The position numbers were made by a program, and so were the translations under genes. A model generated the notes under the pieces. That model worked only from the letters and a program-made list of their open reading frames with translations, ran no database searches and had not been told where the DNA came from. Shown here piece by piece: positions 23,694-37,206 of a stretch of DNA of 64,000 bases. This stretch comes from Pocillopora damicornis. Lineage: Eukaryota. Positions within the stretch are counted from its first letter, which is position 1. Every line of letters begins with the position of its first letter. The stretch lies in the NCBI RefSeq assembly GCF_003704095.1, contig NW_020845867.1, positions 806,001-870,000 of the forward strand, given 5' to 3'.

Positions 23694-25498
23694 CTTATTA
23701 CCAAGCACTTCTATTTGCAACAGGTCTTGAAAATATGGTCACTTATCGTGAGCTCTCAGAAAATTTTGCAGCTTTGACTTTTTCCGTATTAAGTGTCTGC
23801 TTTTGAATTCCTTGTTGTATGAAATCTTATATTTTTCACTTTACCACCGAGTTTTCGTGATCATCCAGTCTTAAGCCAGACTGAGTAGCCTTGAGATATT
23901 TCCTCTTTTAGCTGCAGGCAGTTTGTGAAGAGTACGTAGTCTTAATTTCTGCTCTGATGTCTGCTATCTAGAATCTTCGTTGAACAAAATCTGTTGCGTA
24001 ACTTTACCTCCAGTCCACGCTGTCACAAAACATTCCAAGTTTAAGTATGGTAAGTACTCTTTTCTTTCAAATGAACTTGACGTTATTTGAATGACTAGAG
24101 TGTATCACGTACACGCTGTAGTAAAATGATATATGTTTGTTCCTTGCTCAAGGATATCCCCGCCTCCAGGTCTAGTTTGTGGATTAATCCGCCATCTGCT
24201 TGTCTTTTCAAAATACTCGGAATAAAGTCATTAAATGTCTAAGAGCAGACGTCTTCTCACGAACTATCCCGTGGACTCAAATTGACTCTTTGATGGTTGA
24301 AGCTGAGAACGTTTAATCCAAACAAATGCTTTCCCGTTTACGCCAAAACTGCATGAGATAAGAAACAACCGCACATTAAGATAAAAATTAACATAATAAT
24401 AGATGACCGCCCTACATTTTCTTTTGAATCAGCTTTTAAATACGGTTTGAGATTCTGTTTACTTGCTAGAGAGAGTAATGTTCACAGTGCCAGGTTTTTA
24501 ATTAAAACCAAGGTTTTGCTTGTTTTTAGCGTCACAGGTGAAGTATACACAAGGCGATTGAGCTTTCTATTGATTTCGAAATCGTTTTGACGTTATAGAA
24601 GAAAAGGTTATCTTCATTTCGGCTTTGTTTAATATATTGTGCTTCTAACATTTCTTGAATTACTATTTAAAGTGGGCTATTATCCATAAATAATGTGTTT
24701 CTATTTGAGAAAAATAATGCTAATCTTGGAACCTTACCGAATAAATTAATAACTTTAGCACAATGAATAACTGCTGAGGCTATTTTTCTTCACGTTTTTG
24801 ATGGAGAGCGAAATAATGTGATCAAGATTTGAACAATTAGTCGGTAAAATTCGTGGAAATATTTTAAGACCGTTGAATGCGACAGAAAAAGAGACTTATG
24901 CGATTTTTTTTTCATATCAGGTTTACATGAATAAGTAGCAGCGAAAACTGTTATTAATATGAAAACAGCTCTTTCCAAGCCTTGCGGTGCAAAGTAAGTC
25001 AATTATCGGCTTTCATTTCAGTTTCTGATGTTATGACTCCAGCCGCTTTTGGAAATTCGGTTCAAACGATATTTTGAAAAGTCACAGGTTTGCAGCCAGA
25101 AAAAAATCGATTATTTCAAATAAATAACCTACCATTATTCGAAACACTCTTGTCTTTTCAGCATAAAACCCCTCATTCTCCCCTGAATAATGTACACAGT
25201 TTGACTGGAAACAATTGTGGCGTCGAATTTCCTATCACCTGCCTTTGTCTTAAAACAACAAGAAGGTTTGCATTTGTTCTTCTATCATATCATGTTGAGC
25301 TAATGTTAGCAGTGAAGTGAACTTAAGACAATTGTGACCTCGTATTCCCTTTGAGTAAAGCCATTTTCGCGAATCTTGAGAACTCGAGCATCTTTCTTCG
25401 CCTACCAGTGCAAACGAACCAGAATTTAAAATTTTCGCAAAGACCTTTCACTGTTGGTCGCCGCCCAGTAAGTTTGTTCCACTGGATCTTCGCTAAGC

Positions 25499-25710
25499 TT
25501 AACCCTTTAACTCTCAAGATCTTATTATCAATTCCCCTCTCAAGCTGTTACAGATTTCCATGTAAGTTAGTTATAAGATTTGGTCTTTGGATGAGGATAA
25601 CAAAAATCTACCTAATAAGTTTGGTATTCTCGTCACCTGTTAGTTGGATAATGTAGAGATATTATGGTGAGAAGTTTCATGTTAATCTCTTCTGAGAGTT
25701 GAAGGGTTAA
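25499..25710. mobile_element. piggyBac-like MITE with intact TTAA TSDs
   Basis: TTAA-CCCTttaactctcaaga..tctgagagttgaAGGG-TTAA. Confidence 0.8.
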
Positions 25711-28700
25711 CCTGAGATCATTCGTTCATGCAGTCTCTTAATGCAGTCTCTATTTTCAAATTTCTTCGTGACATTAGAAAACCTCGATTTTTGAGTATTC
25801 AAATCGTTATTTTATAAAAATTGCGCATAATGGTTATTCTCGATTACGTAAATCATTTTCGCTTCATAATGAAAAGGGTGTTTAACCCTTAAATCGCCGT
25901 GCTTTGTAAGTACGATCTCTACACTAAAACGTACTGTCATTTCGTGTTTTTACGGTGTGAAAATTAAAGAAAGAAAGCAGCATACACCGTTGTTACCTTA
26001 AAGAATTTAGTGCACCGCTAAATTTGAATATCGGTCCTGTACAGTCAGACTGCCGCAAATTGAGGAAGTCGAAGACCGAGCTTGTCTCCCATATCGTTGC
26101 AATCAACTGCTTTTCGACCAGACGGAAATTGCGGTGATACTTAATCGCTCCATTTAAATTGATTCTTATCAATATACTTTTCTCAGCGGCAAGACAGTAT
26201 GCTTCGAAAATAAACTTTCAAATATATTTACCTTTAGACCTGTCGTGTTCTGTTAGCAGGTATCATTTGCCAAGAAAGCCATTTCTTTTTGTGAGATTTG
26301 ACGACGCTATTTCCAAGCAAAATCTTTCATCAAACAGGGCCAATCTGGTAAAGATACTGAAATATTACCGAGCAATGAGACAAACGCTCTCCTGGCTCTC
26401 AAAGAGATCAATCACGAAAAAGGAAAGAGAAATCTTAAAAAAAGAAAAAAAAGATGCTTTCTTTTCTATTAAAAAATAATGAGTTAGACCGGAAATTATT
26501 TTTTTGTGCAATTGTAGTCAAAACATGTTGGCAAGAAAATCGTCGCCAATTTTCCTTTCTTCTTCTTTTCGTAATCGAGAAGTTCTATTTTTAAAAATAC
26601 CAACCATGACATTCATTTTCCTTGGATATCTCGACCCCCCGCTGAAAGTCGACTTGATCGTTCATAATTGTATTTAGCTTCGAATGGTAAATCGAGTCAA
26701 GTTCAGCATTATTTCAAGTACCATTCAAATTTCAAACGGATCAACGCTGTTTCGATGTGTAAGTTGAACGAAATAAGGAACTAAATTTAAACTTTTCTCA
26801 TTAATTAACAATGCTTAAGCTGTTTATAGGGAGGAATCTGCAAGAAAACAATTATCATTGAAGCGGAACCTTATCTTAATGATTTAACTTAAGAGGAAAA
26901 AGGAAGAGGGTTGAAAAACTCGATCAATACTTCAAAAACTTCAAAATTACATTTATTTCATATTTGACTTCACGCAAGTTATTACATCTTTCAAATTTCC
27001 TCATCCGAATTATCTTATATTTGCAATTTTTGTTCGAGGTATTGTAAAATTATTAAACTTCCCTTTAAAATCAATCAAACTTTGATTGTAATTTCGCATA
27101 CAGTAATTGATTAAGATTAACAGCAGTGTTAAAAATGGTCCAATATAATGAATTCATAATGTGGGGTTTTTATTTTCATGTTTTGTTTTTGTTTTTGTTT
27201 TTTCTCATTTAATGTAGCGATTTTCCGCATGGGCTGAATTCATTTTTTAAAAAGCACTACGTTTGCGTTGATAATGAAAAGTTGTAAATCAAAATCTTGC
27301 GTTAGTTTTATTTATGTGAAGGAGTTGAACTTTCCCCGAAAGCAATACTATTCATTTGCCATATATAATTAGTTTGCACGCTTTGCAGGAGTTGCACGTT
27401 TTTCTTTCCACTTGCAGTCGTAAATGGCTTCCCTTGATGTTTCGTATTTAAGTACAACGACCTCAGTTAGGTACTCTTTATTTATTAAATCCTGAGAATT
27501 TATTCTGCTCTCTCAATTAACAATTTTGTTCATTTTAGGCACGTAAAATATTGCTCGAGGACAGGAAATTACATCCTTTACCGTATTGATCAATATTTTG
27601 GAGAAACGTTATTTTTCAAAGACTAAAGAATTGAGGCCATATCTGAACATATAAAAATTATTTACTTAACCCGCAAGGCAGCTGATCAGGCACATTTCGG
27701 CATTAACTAATTCTCTTCTCACTGTGTAGTATTAAGTAAATGTTATATTAAGTTTAACGGGTGAGATAATCAGCGAACCCACTTTATCGACAAAAATAGA
27801 ACTTATCAAAGTTTTGTATGCCTTGCCGTCTAGATGTCTTCCAAATCCGTGATGACATGTATTCATTTATTGTCGAGGTAAACTTGATAACCAAAACTGG
27901 ATGCAATTTTTTCCTTGCAATGTGAATGCACGAAAAATATTATTGCTTTATTCCACTAAAGGCAATATTTACCTACCTTTAAATTTTTGTTTTTAAAAAG
28001 AATGCATACAAGGAAGTCAACAAGTCTTTTTGAGCAAAATTCATTGCCTAGAATTTCCCATGAGTTGGTGTTTTCAAACAGTGCCACGCTAGCTCATTTG
28101 AGACCAGAAAGACTGGACAATACTCAGGTGATACCTGGTGAGAACTGGACCACTGGCATCTCATGTCCATCTTATAATATTTGAATGCCAACTCGTTTTA
28201 GTCACGACATCATTACTAAAGAACTGAAAAAGGGAATTAATTTAAAATTGCTCCATAAAATTTCTTTGTACTGAGAACTCAATTCAGTTTACTTGGGATA
28301 TATGAACTCAGCCTTACGCATAGAGAATTTAGTTAATCAATTAAGTCAGGTCTTACTTTATATTGCATTAACTAGAGGGGTTTGATTCGATTTAGAACAT
28401 CGCTTAACCTTGCTTGTACAAACCGAAATAACATGACACTATTTCAGTTTCGTGGCGGTGGACCGGGAGAATATGATCTCTTTAGAAATGCACTTGGTTT
28501 AAAAATAGGATCCTCCATATTATAGACGAATTTGAGTCTTTGTACTTAGTTCAAAAGATAATTGTTCTGCCAGTCTGCTTCCAAAACAACAGCAACATGG
28601 AGAAATTAAAATTTGGACGAGAAACTTCCTAGTTGTCTACCTAATCAGAAAAGACAAACTGAAGGATTTAAGTCGGTGAAATATACCTGCAACACCGACG

Positions 28701-29462
28701 GTTCTTCTCTGTGGTACACCTCAGATTTTCTTATTTGTCTTATTAGATAATTGGCTCATGTTGCGATGTGTTCTCGTTTATGAGGTAACAACAGCATTCT
28801 AAGAACTTGAGTCCGTAGTTTTATGATTTTATCAGTTGTTTAGCACAAAAATAAGCGTTAATTACCTGATTAACAATGTATTGTTGTCGTTAAAAGCCTC
28901 GTCTATTGTTGACCCTTTTCTGAATCAATTTCTGTCGCAGATAATCCCTTAGTCATTAGCGAAACCTTTCAGGACTAATAATGGCGCACGCTCTCCCCGA
29001 TAAACTCGAATTATAATATTGAATGAAAAACTGATTAAAGAAGATCAAAGATCATATACACGACTTTCATAATGGCGGACATCGCNNNNNNNNNNNNNNN
29101 NNNNNNNNNNNNNNNNNNNNNNNNNNNNNNNNNNNNNNNNNNNNNNNNNNNNNNNNNNNNNNNNNNNNNNNNNNNNNNNNNNNNNAGTACAATTTTAAAC
29201 GCACTTCAGATAGAGCGTATGCTCAAAAAAATTTATTGGTCTAGTTACTTTCCAAAGTAAATGCGGCATCTAAGCCTTGACGCGATTAATCAAAACTGCG
29301 TCATATTCCGGAGAAACACTCGTTAATGAGATAGGGCACATCCTAACAACCCCTCACCTTTCCCCCTGGGTCTTGGTTTTCATGCTGCTCGTTTTGCCAA
29401 CCGTCAATCAAGTGAACATTAGCTTTGGACGGAAGGAAAGGCGATGTTGGTCACCTGTCAAA

Positions 29463-31420
29463 TACACGACTTTCATAATGGCGGACATCGCGAGAGTCCT
29501 GGATCGAGTTGCATGAAAACGAGGTCAAAAAGGCCAAACTATCGCGTCGCGTCCCTCTTCGTTTGTTATGGCGAGTACTTCGAATATTTCAAAATCCGAC
29601 ATTCCTTACGGAAAACGATATAACTGGCGCTTCTCTTCTTGGAAGAAAACCTGAGGAGTTAAAAATCTCAGAGATTAAATTTTGGCCTATATGTTGAGGA
29701 GACGCGGTGAAGCGAGTGCATGACTACATACGACCCTGGTTTCTGGGCCGAACTAGGGCAGGAACTGCTTTCTTATTACTTTGAACATTTTATTAATATT
29801 TCTTAAGCAAAGCTTTTGAATTGAAATTGTCTGGCAAATAACAACAGTGATTGTGAAGTCTTGTGAACAGCTACATCTGATTGACCCTGTCATCTACAGT
29901 TCCTGCAAAAGCTATTTTGTTATGACATCTCTGTTTTTTTTCAACGGAATTGGTAATACCATGCTTCTACATTAAAATATTCTTAATTGTCGTGAATTTA
30001 CTTGTTGACTGGGAATTAATACCTTAGATGAATAAATTCTTACTGTTTTGTAGCTTTAATTTGTTGTGGGTTGAAATTTTTCCAACCAGTTTGATTTTTA
30101 ATCTCCTTTATTCCAAAGTATGCTTAAGAATACAAAGGAAAATTAAAACTAAACTGGTTTAAACATTTTGCACCAAAGATAATTCAAACACAACATAGAC
30201 AACATGGTCTTTACAGACAGAAAGGAAGTCACTCAATTATGATGTAAACCTTACGATAAATAGTCAGAACAGAGGGGAAAATTTTGTCTTTATCTTAACG
30301 CCTAATTTGTAGCCCCTTACAATCTAAGGAGAGAAGAGATTTGTAGGCAATTTATGGGTTAAGTAATTCATTCATGCCTCANNNNNNNNNNNNNNNNNNN
30401 NNNNNNNNNNNNNNNNNNNNNNNNNNNNNNNNNNNNNNNNNNNNNNNNNNNNNNNNNNNNNNNNNNNNNNNNNNNNNNNNNNNNNNNNNNNNNNNNNNNN
30501 NNNNNNNNNNNNNNNNNNNNNNNNNNNNNNNNNNNNNNNNNNNNNNNNNNNNNNNNNNNNNNNNNNNNNNNNNNNNNNNNNNNNNNNNNNNNNNNNNNNN
30601 NNNNNNNNNNNNNNNNNNNNNNNNNNNNNNNNNNNNNNNNNNNNNNNNNNNNNNNNNNNNNNNNNNNNNNNNNNNNNNNNNNNNNNNNNNNNNNNNNNNN
30701 NNNNNNNNNNNNNNNNNNNNNNNNNNNNNNNNNNNNNNNNNNNNNNNNNNNNNNNNNNNNNNNNNNNNNNNNNNNNNNNNNNNNNNNNNNNNNNNNNNNN
30801 NNNNNNNNNNNNNNNNNNNNNNNNNNNNNNNNNNNNTTTTGTAAGCACTGAAAAGTTCTCAATTCAACTGCAAGCTGCTTGGCATTTGACCACTAACCTC
30901 AGTATGGTCAATTATGACTCTAGTAGATTTGTACCTTCCCTTAAAAGATTCGGGCATTGTATCAATTACTTTTCTGCTGGGCCAAATGTTTATTTGTCCA
31001 AACTTNNNNNNNNNNNNNNNNNNNNNNNNNNNNNNNNNNNNNNNNNNNNNNNNNNNNNNNNNNNNNNNNNNNNNNNNNNNNNNNNNNNNNNNNNNNNNNN
31101 NNNNNATCAGACTCAGTGATGTTGTCAGTTTTTGACCGCCAGTAGGAAATGATAAAGATACTGAAAAACAGCCATCAAAGTGTTTCAGCTTTGAAAGCCA
31201 GTATAAAAAGCAGCATTTGAATCTTTTGACTTACAGTTTTCAAAGTTAAACAACCTTTTATTAAGAGCATCACGTTGCCGCTGGGTATCTTGCAGTTGGC
31301 GCTTAAGTTCCTCAATTTCCTGTTCGAGTTTATGAATCTTCTTTGTTTCGACAATATGTTATCGTCCTGTTATAGACTTCGAATGACATTATCGAAACAA
31401 TCACTTTGTGCGCTTTCAAC
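29463..31420. mobile_element. Decayed ISL2EU-type (PIF/Harbinger-related) DNA transposon: DDE transposase remnant on minus, SAP/YqaJ-partner N-terminal remnant on plus
   Basis: Minus 30837-31005 reads KFGQINIWPSRKVIDTMPESFKGRYKSTRVIIDHTEVSGQMPSSLQLN*ELFSAYK. Minus ~31150-31350 gives a coiled coil KIHKLEQEIEELKRQLQD, then DSNAAFYTGFQS*NTLMAVFQYL. Plus ~29568-29710 gives MASTSNISKSD/LTENDITGASLLGRKPEELKISEIKFW. Stops and frameshifts throughout; interrupted by gaps. Confidence 0.75.
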
Positions 31421-31825
31421 ACAAAATGGCACCAATTATTCTGTACTGCACCCATTAGTTCATAAAGTACCACAACAAAGGGGCTTTTTCGGCTTTAACT
31501 AGATCCATATTTTTATAAGGAAACTTAACGTGAGTGATAATGGGTCTAAAAAGGTGCCAAAATATTTTAACAGTATCAAGTGATCGTGCAAGTTACAGAT
31601 TGTAGTTAAAAGTGTTTCACTGCACCATTAGAAGATGAGAATTCTAGAATGGGTTTTTTAAAATTGAGAAGGTGTGTATATTTTTTGTTTTTTTATTTTC
31701 ATATTGGTTAAAACTGTAAAGAGAAAGACATAAGGTTGTCAAGAGGTGATCCATATAGCTTATATTGAAACTAGATGCTTATAATACCAAACGTTTCTTC
31801 AAATATTCAATAATTTCATGAGGTA

Positions 31826-32035
31826 GAGGCTCTAAATGGGGTTAACCGTTCACCATGAAACGGGAAACATTTAGCCGTGAGACGTAAACTGATTGACCAA
31901 TTTCAACAATTGTTCGTAAAAAGTCAACTCAAAAAGTCTTAATTCAATCGCAACGAAAATAAATTAACCATTAGCAACGAAATTTCCAAAATTTCAAACC
32001 GTTAGCCGTAAGAGCCATCACCCTGTTGAGACCAT
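31826..32035. mobile_element. MITE with AGGGTCTCAATGGGG-type TIRs (degenerate copy)
   Basis: aggctctaaatggggttaaccg..caccctgttgagacc with internal ccgttagccgtaa repeats. Confidence 0.6.
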
Positions 32036-33676
32036 CAAAGTACTTATTCTAATCAAGAGCAAATTAATATTGCAGGAAACTTTTTCCTCAATTCTGACAC
32101 ATATAAGTATGAGTGGCCGTGGTGTTTTAATAAACTTAGAGGTATGCTGATCAAAAGGTGGAAGCAGACATTGCTGAGCAGTATGAATAGAAATTTACTT
32201 CAAACTAATATTGTGTAGAATTGTCTGATGTAAAGATTGCTCTGTTGTTGGATAAAACGTTGTGTTTCCTACTTTGTACGGTTCCAAAACCCTCACTCTC
32301 CGCTCCCGTGGTACGCAAATTCTACGGCTTTAAAACAATTCATTTTAAAATGAAAAAACTCTAAAAGTGTTGCAAAGTTTTTGCTGCCGTTATCGAATGG
32401 CTCTGGCACGACTCAGATTCNNNNNNNNNNNNNNNNNNNNNNNNNNNNNNNNNNNNNNNNNNNNNNNNNNNNNNNNNNNNNNNNNNNNNNNNNNNNNNNN
32501 NNNNNNNNNNNNNNNNNNNNAAACATCAATATTTGACCATGAATGAAAAGGCAAATATGAAATTGAATTTTTTTTTTTTAAGTTCAAGAATCGTTTTTGT
32601 CATTAATGGAACAGAACAAATATACTTTAAGTTTTTTTTCGTTGAAAATGAAGTTTCTTAGCACTTACTTTGCGTGTAGCCTTAGTAGTTGAGCACCTGC
32701 CCATGCAATTTCCAAGGAGAATGTTTTCTAAAAAATATATCTTTTAAAACGAGTCTAGATATTTGATAACGGCATACTAACGAAACAATTACTAGCTATG
32801 CTGATAACGTAGCGGTCCATAAGTAATGATTACCATTCTCTCTTGCCGAGGCTACACTTCACAAAATCCGAAATTATTGTAATGGCGACTAACAAATATC
32901 GCGGCTGATGAAATGAAATGAAATAGCCCGCCTAGCTGGGGGTTTTTCTGTATGCTGTGAATTCTTGAGTGGTGGAGCGAGCTCTGAAAAAAAATATATA
33001 ATACGGTAGCCAAGCTGGCTATGACTTATATTTAGTCACGGAACTTAACTTTTTTCTTTTCCATTTTTACTTTGCGCCCATTTGGTTTAAGTGCTTCTCG
33101 TGAACAAATATCCCCCCGCTGGCTACACCCAAGACATCTGGTTATAATCCCACGTGATATTCTTCAGTTCTTAAACCTTGCTGTGATCCATGGGATTAGA
33201 GCTCAAAAAGGTACAATTTTGTCAGGAAAACAAATAGCTGTCGTTTTGGAAGAAGAAACAAACTTGTTTGATTTATAGTCACTCCGAAAAATCATCATCC
33301 GTTTTCGAGGGTAAGCTGTTAGAATCTTTTTTTTTTCCGCGTGTTGCAAAATATAATTGTAATATGACACACACACTAGCCTCCATATGACATGGAAATA
33401 TGTCATATGTCCTTGCACATAATTTATTAATCGAAGCTCGCAAGTTTCCTCAAGCTTCAAGCTTTTAGGAAAACTGCTCTATATTTGCTTCCCAAAGCAG
33501 AAAATGTCGGCGGATATAAATCCTGATGTATATTTTCGCGCCAAACAAAAGCTATCATTTATAGATGCAATATTCATTCTCAAGACTTGGAAGAACTGTG
33601 AAGACAGTTTAAATGATAAAGGGATCGCCGGAGGAAAGTTTTCTTAAAAAAAAAAACTTTTTCTCATGGCTAAAGT

Positions 33677-33719
33677 GACCAACGTTTGGAAAACCTGAGA
33701 TAAAGTCATCATCAGAATC
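33677..33719 (-). repeat. Hammerhead-like repeat relic
   Basis: Reverse complement gatt-CTGATGA-tgac..ttc-CAAAC-GTT-ggtc; same family as 18219, with the GAAA box mutated. Confidence 0.5.
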
Positions 33720-36700
33720 AAAAAAGGTATTGTTGGCCGCTCGAATGTTATAAATCTGGCCCGAGAAAACTGACAATGAGGGTCAGTGAAAATATAAGAT
33801 TATTTACCCATCCTTTTCATTGCAGAAACTCATCGGCCGGCGTCGGTCAAAAAAAAAAAAAAACCGGAGAATTATACTCATATAGCACTTTCTCGATGTA
33901 ACTTCAGATGTAATGAGAAAAAGATTTTCCAAAAACGAATTTAGATTTTTAAACTTTAGATTAACCCTCAAAATAAGGTAACAATTCTAGTTACGGAGTT
34001 TGTTCTAAATTCATTAAAAATACAGATAGGAATCGCATTGCCTTCAGGGGCTAAAAGATTGTGTTGTGTTTCAAGAGATAGGAAAAATGTCGCTGTTTTC
34101 ATACATCGAATATTTTGCCGTATTTTTCTGCATATCTTTTTCCTGATCTCAACACTTTTGAAAGTCGAAAAAAATTTTCTTTTGAAACCTTTGAAGCGTC
34201 TGGAAGAAATTGATGTCGCTGAAAATAGCATTTGTAACTACCCGTTGTTACCGTTGTAGTTTAATTTACATTTTCTAGGAAACATCCAAGAAGCGTAGCA
34301 GTTGAACAAAAAAATTTGGACTTTCTTTAATGCGCAAAAATTCCAGAATTAGACTTTGCTTCTCCTTAAGGCCTTTGGATATGATTTCCGCGCGGAAAAG
34401 CGAAAAAAAGTGATTACTTTGTCGACAATGTTTTCGTTTCTCAAACAAATGTGTGTATTGACTAGACGTCCGAAAAACAAAAGAGTATTCTTGAAAGAGT
34501 CCCTGGCTATTCAAATAGCCAGGGACTCGATGATTCCATTAGCCTCTTGGGGGGGCGATTATCTGAAAATTAGTTTCCAAAACTGTTTCCTTAATCCATA
34601 TTTAAATGATATCATGACAAATATTTGCAATTGAAAACACAAACTGCATGAAACCTGCAAGATTTATTAGAATTAATGGGCGCTATCACGGAGACAGTCC
34701 AAATTTGTTTGAAATAAACTTGAAGGCTTTATCTCACGAGATATCTTCCATAATTTACTGCAGATTCTTTTCGAATTTCGCCTTGTCGAGATTCCTGTTG
34801 AACCGTGCCTAATCCTAGCAAACAGGTGACATATTTTAAATTTGTGGAGCTGAATTGTACATCAGTTAACGTTTCTTAAGTTTTGCCAGACTATTCTCTT
34901 CCTAACGTACTTTCAAGCATTTTTGTTGAGATTCTTTGTTGTTTAGATCCTTATCACCAAGTTCACAAGTTCAAATCCATTTCAAGAATGTTTTTCGTGA
35001 CTGCGAAAGTTTATCTCCTAATCATTAGAATCAGACTTCCTGTTTTTGATCTCTGTATTTGCTGCTGCGCACGTGCGTTTGGCCTTTTCCCCACGCACTC
35101 AAAAGGTCAGGGAACAAACAGTACTCAAACTAGGACTCGATACTAAAAGAAACCGTAAGTAGATCGTTTAGAGGAAAAATTGGACGAATAAGACGACTTT
35201 GGGACAATTAATAGTTAATACTCGTCGAAGTAGAACGAGAAATTAAAACAATATGGCAAAGCTGTTAGTGTAAAGATTTTTACACCTGCAGGTCTTTAGC
35301 TCTGTGGCTCTGTAAACTGTGAAATTTCTTTTCGATTTGTGCCCATGACATTGTGGACGTTGAAAAATTGTGATTGTCCACTTGTGTTGTTCATTTTGAC
35401 TTAAGTTAAGACAGTCGCGGACGTAGTTCATATCAGTCATGAATGATTTCTTGTTCTTGTTCGACAGACGTGTATTTCTTTCCCGAAATACACTGATTTT
35501 AACTTGAAACACTGGTGTTCAGTATGCATGGTTTAAATGCCAGAAATTTGGTGAAGGTTAAAATTTTTAGGAAGAAAATACTCCTGTTCCAATACTGAAG
35601 TGTCTTGCGCAGAAAATTTCATTCCAAAACTTGTCCATGAGTACAATCACCACCATTTATCATTTTTTGAAAAAACCGTGACGCGGTCACTTACTGAAGA
35701 AAAACACCAAAGAAAAATTTAACACAGCGAGGATCCTCTTGTTTATGCTGTTTATATCCTTATTAATTACACACATTTGCAAAGTTCCTTCCGGAAACCA
35801 AGAAAGAGAGTTTACCCATGTGTTTACCATTTGTTTCATTAAGGGTTAAAGAAAAACTCACCTAGGATCAGTTAGTCCACATAAACTTCCAATTTCTTCA
35901 CGAGGTCCGAATTGTTGGTACACAAGGACGGTTAAAAAGCGGTCTTGTTCTTAAATACGTTGTATCATATATTTCATGTTTGTTATTCAGATCCTCACGT
36001 TTTTTAGAGGATCTTCTTCACCTTCCTCTTCAATTTCATTTTTGAATTGTTAATTGCTTTTGGAGTAAATTTCCCGCTGATTAGAAACTTCTGATTCTTC
36101 CATATAAGGTAATTGCGATCATCTCTTCATAATCAGCTGCAGTCAATTAATGGCAAAAAATGTTCTATCGTAACAAAAAATACGTATTTTTTTATTTATT
36201 CATTTATTAGCGACATTTATCCAGGGATTGTTGTGAACAACTTTTTTTGTCTTATACAATTTAAATTTATTTTTAATTCAGCTTCAAGCCGAAAAGGGTA
36301 TTTTGCTTTTTCTAGCTTGCTTTCCTTCTCAGAAACATCTCGATCAAGTCTTTATCATGAAAATACACCTGAAGAAAATCAAATTGTCACAAAAATAGAA
36401 ATGAATTATGCATGCAGAATATAGTCTGGGTTCCTTTAAACAAACTCCGGCCCTTAACAGTCACGGACCTGTATATAAAGGCAGATTTTTGTAATTTTCT
36501 TTCCATGCGACGATCAATATTCGCAGAGGATAAAACGGCCCAAAACGGACGAACGCTATTTCCGGTATGAACTTGCGCCGATGGTTTTTGCAAATAATTT
36601 ATTTCTATTTGTTGTCATCTATATTATTTTATGACTTACATCTGTCACAATTAGGTGAATTCTATGAAAAAATAATATTCTCCTACAATGCATCGCGTAC

Positions 36701-37070
36701 ATTCAGTTAAACTTACTTTATAAAAGCCACCCCGCTGAGCACCACAAATGCTGGCATGAGTCTCTTCTCCTTCGCACTTACTGCGCATGTCAGAATGATG
36801 GCATTTCGTACGACAGCAGTAAAACTGGGAGAAAATTCTGCAAACATGCATAGATGAGGGTTGGTCATACAGCGTGGGTTACAAAGAGCTAAAGATAGTT
36901 TAAAAGGCACTCAATCTCGTTGACTTCTTCTTGAGGTAGTTACATATATGCGGACATGTTGAATTGAAAGGGATTGAATCACTGTGAGTGGAACATTTTT
37001 ATTAATAAAAACACAAGTAAAAAGAATTTTTTTCTTATTGACATTAGCAAAAGTCAAGGACAAAAAATTT

Positions 37071-37206
37071 GTATTATTGACCAAGCTTGTTCAATCAAGA
37101 TGGTGGATATTGGCCAAGTTCTCTTTTGCGATTTTATGGACCGAGACGCAAAAATAGCACGGGCTGATATCCAGCCACCTAAAAAAGAACACGCTTTGTC
37201 AATAAC
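37071..37206. mobile_element. Short MITE-like element
   Basis: TIR tattgaccaagc / gctttgtcaata. Confidence 0.5.

Noticed and set aside
23694-23720. TTG start proposed by the ORF track for 7TM copy 2
   Set aside because: In a eukaryote the ATG at 23693 is more likely, and it has the same aagATG context as copy 1.
35243-35512. 89-aa minus-strand ORF in the large intergenic tract
   Set aside because: No recognisable domain, non-ATG start and no consistent neighbouring exons.
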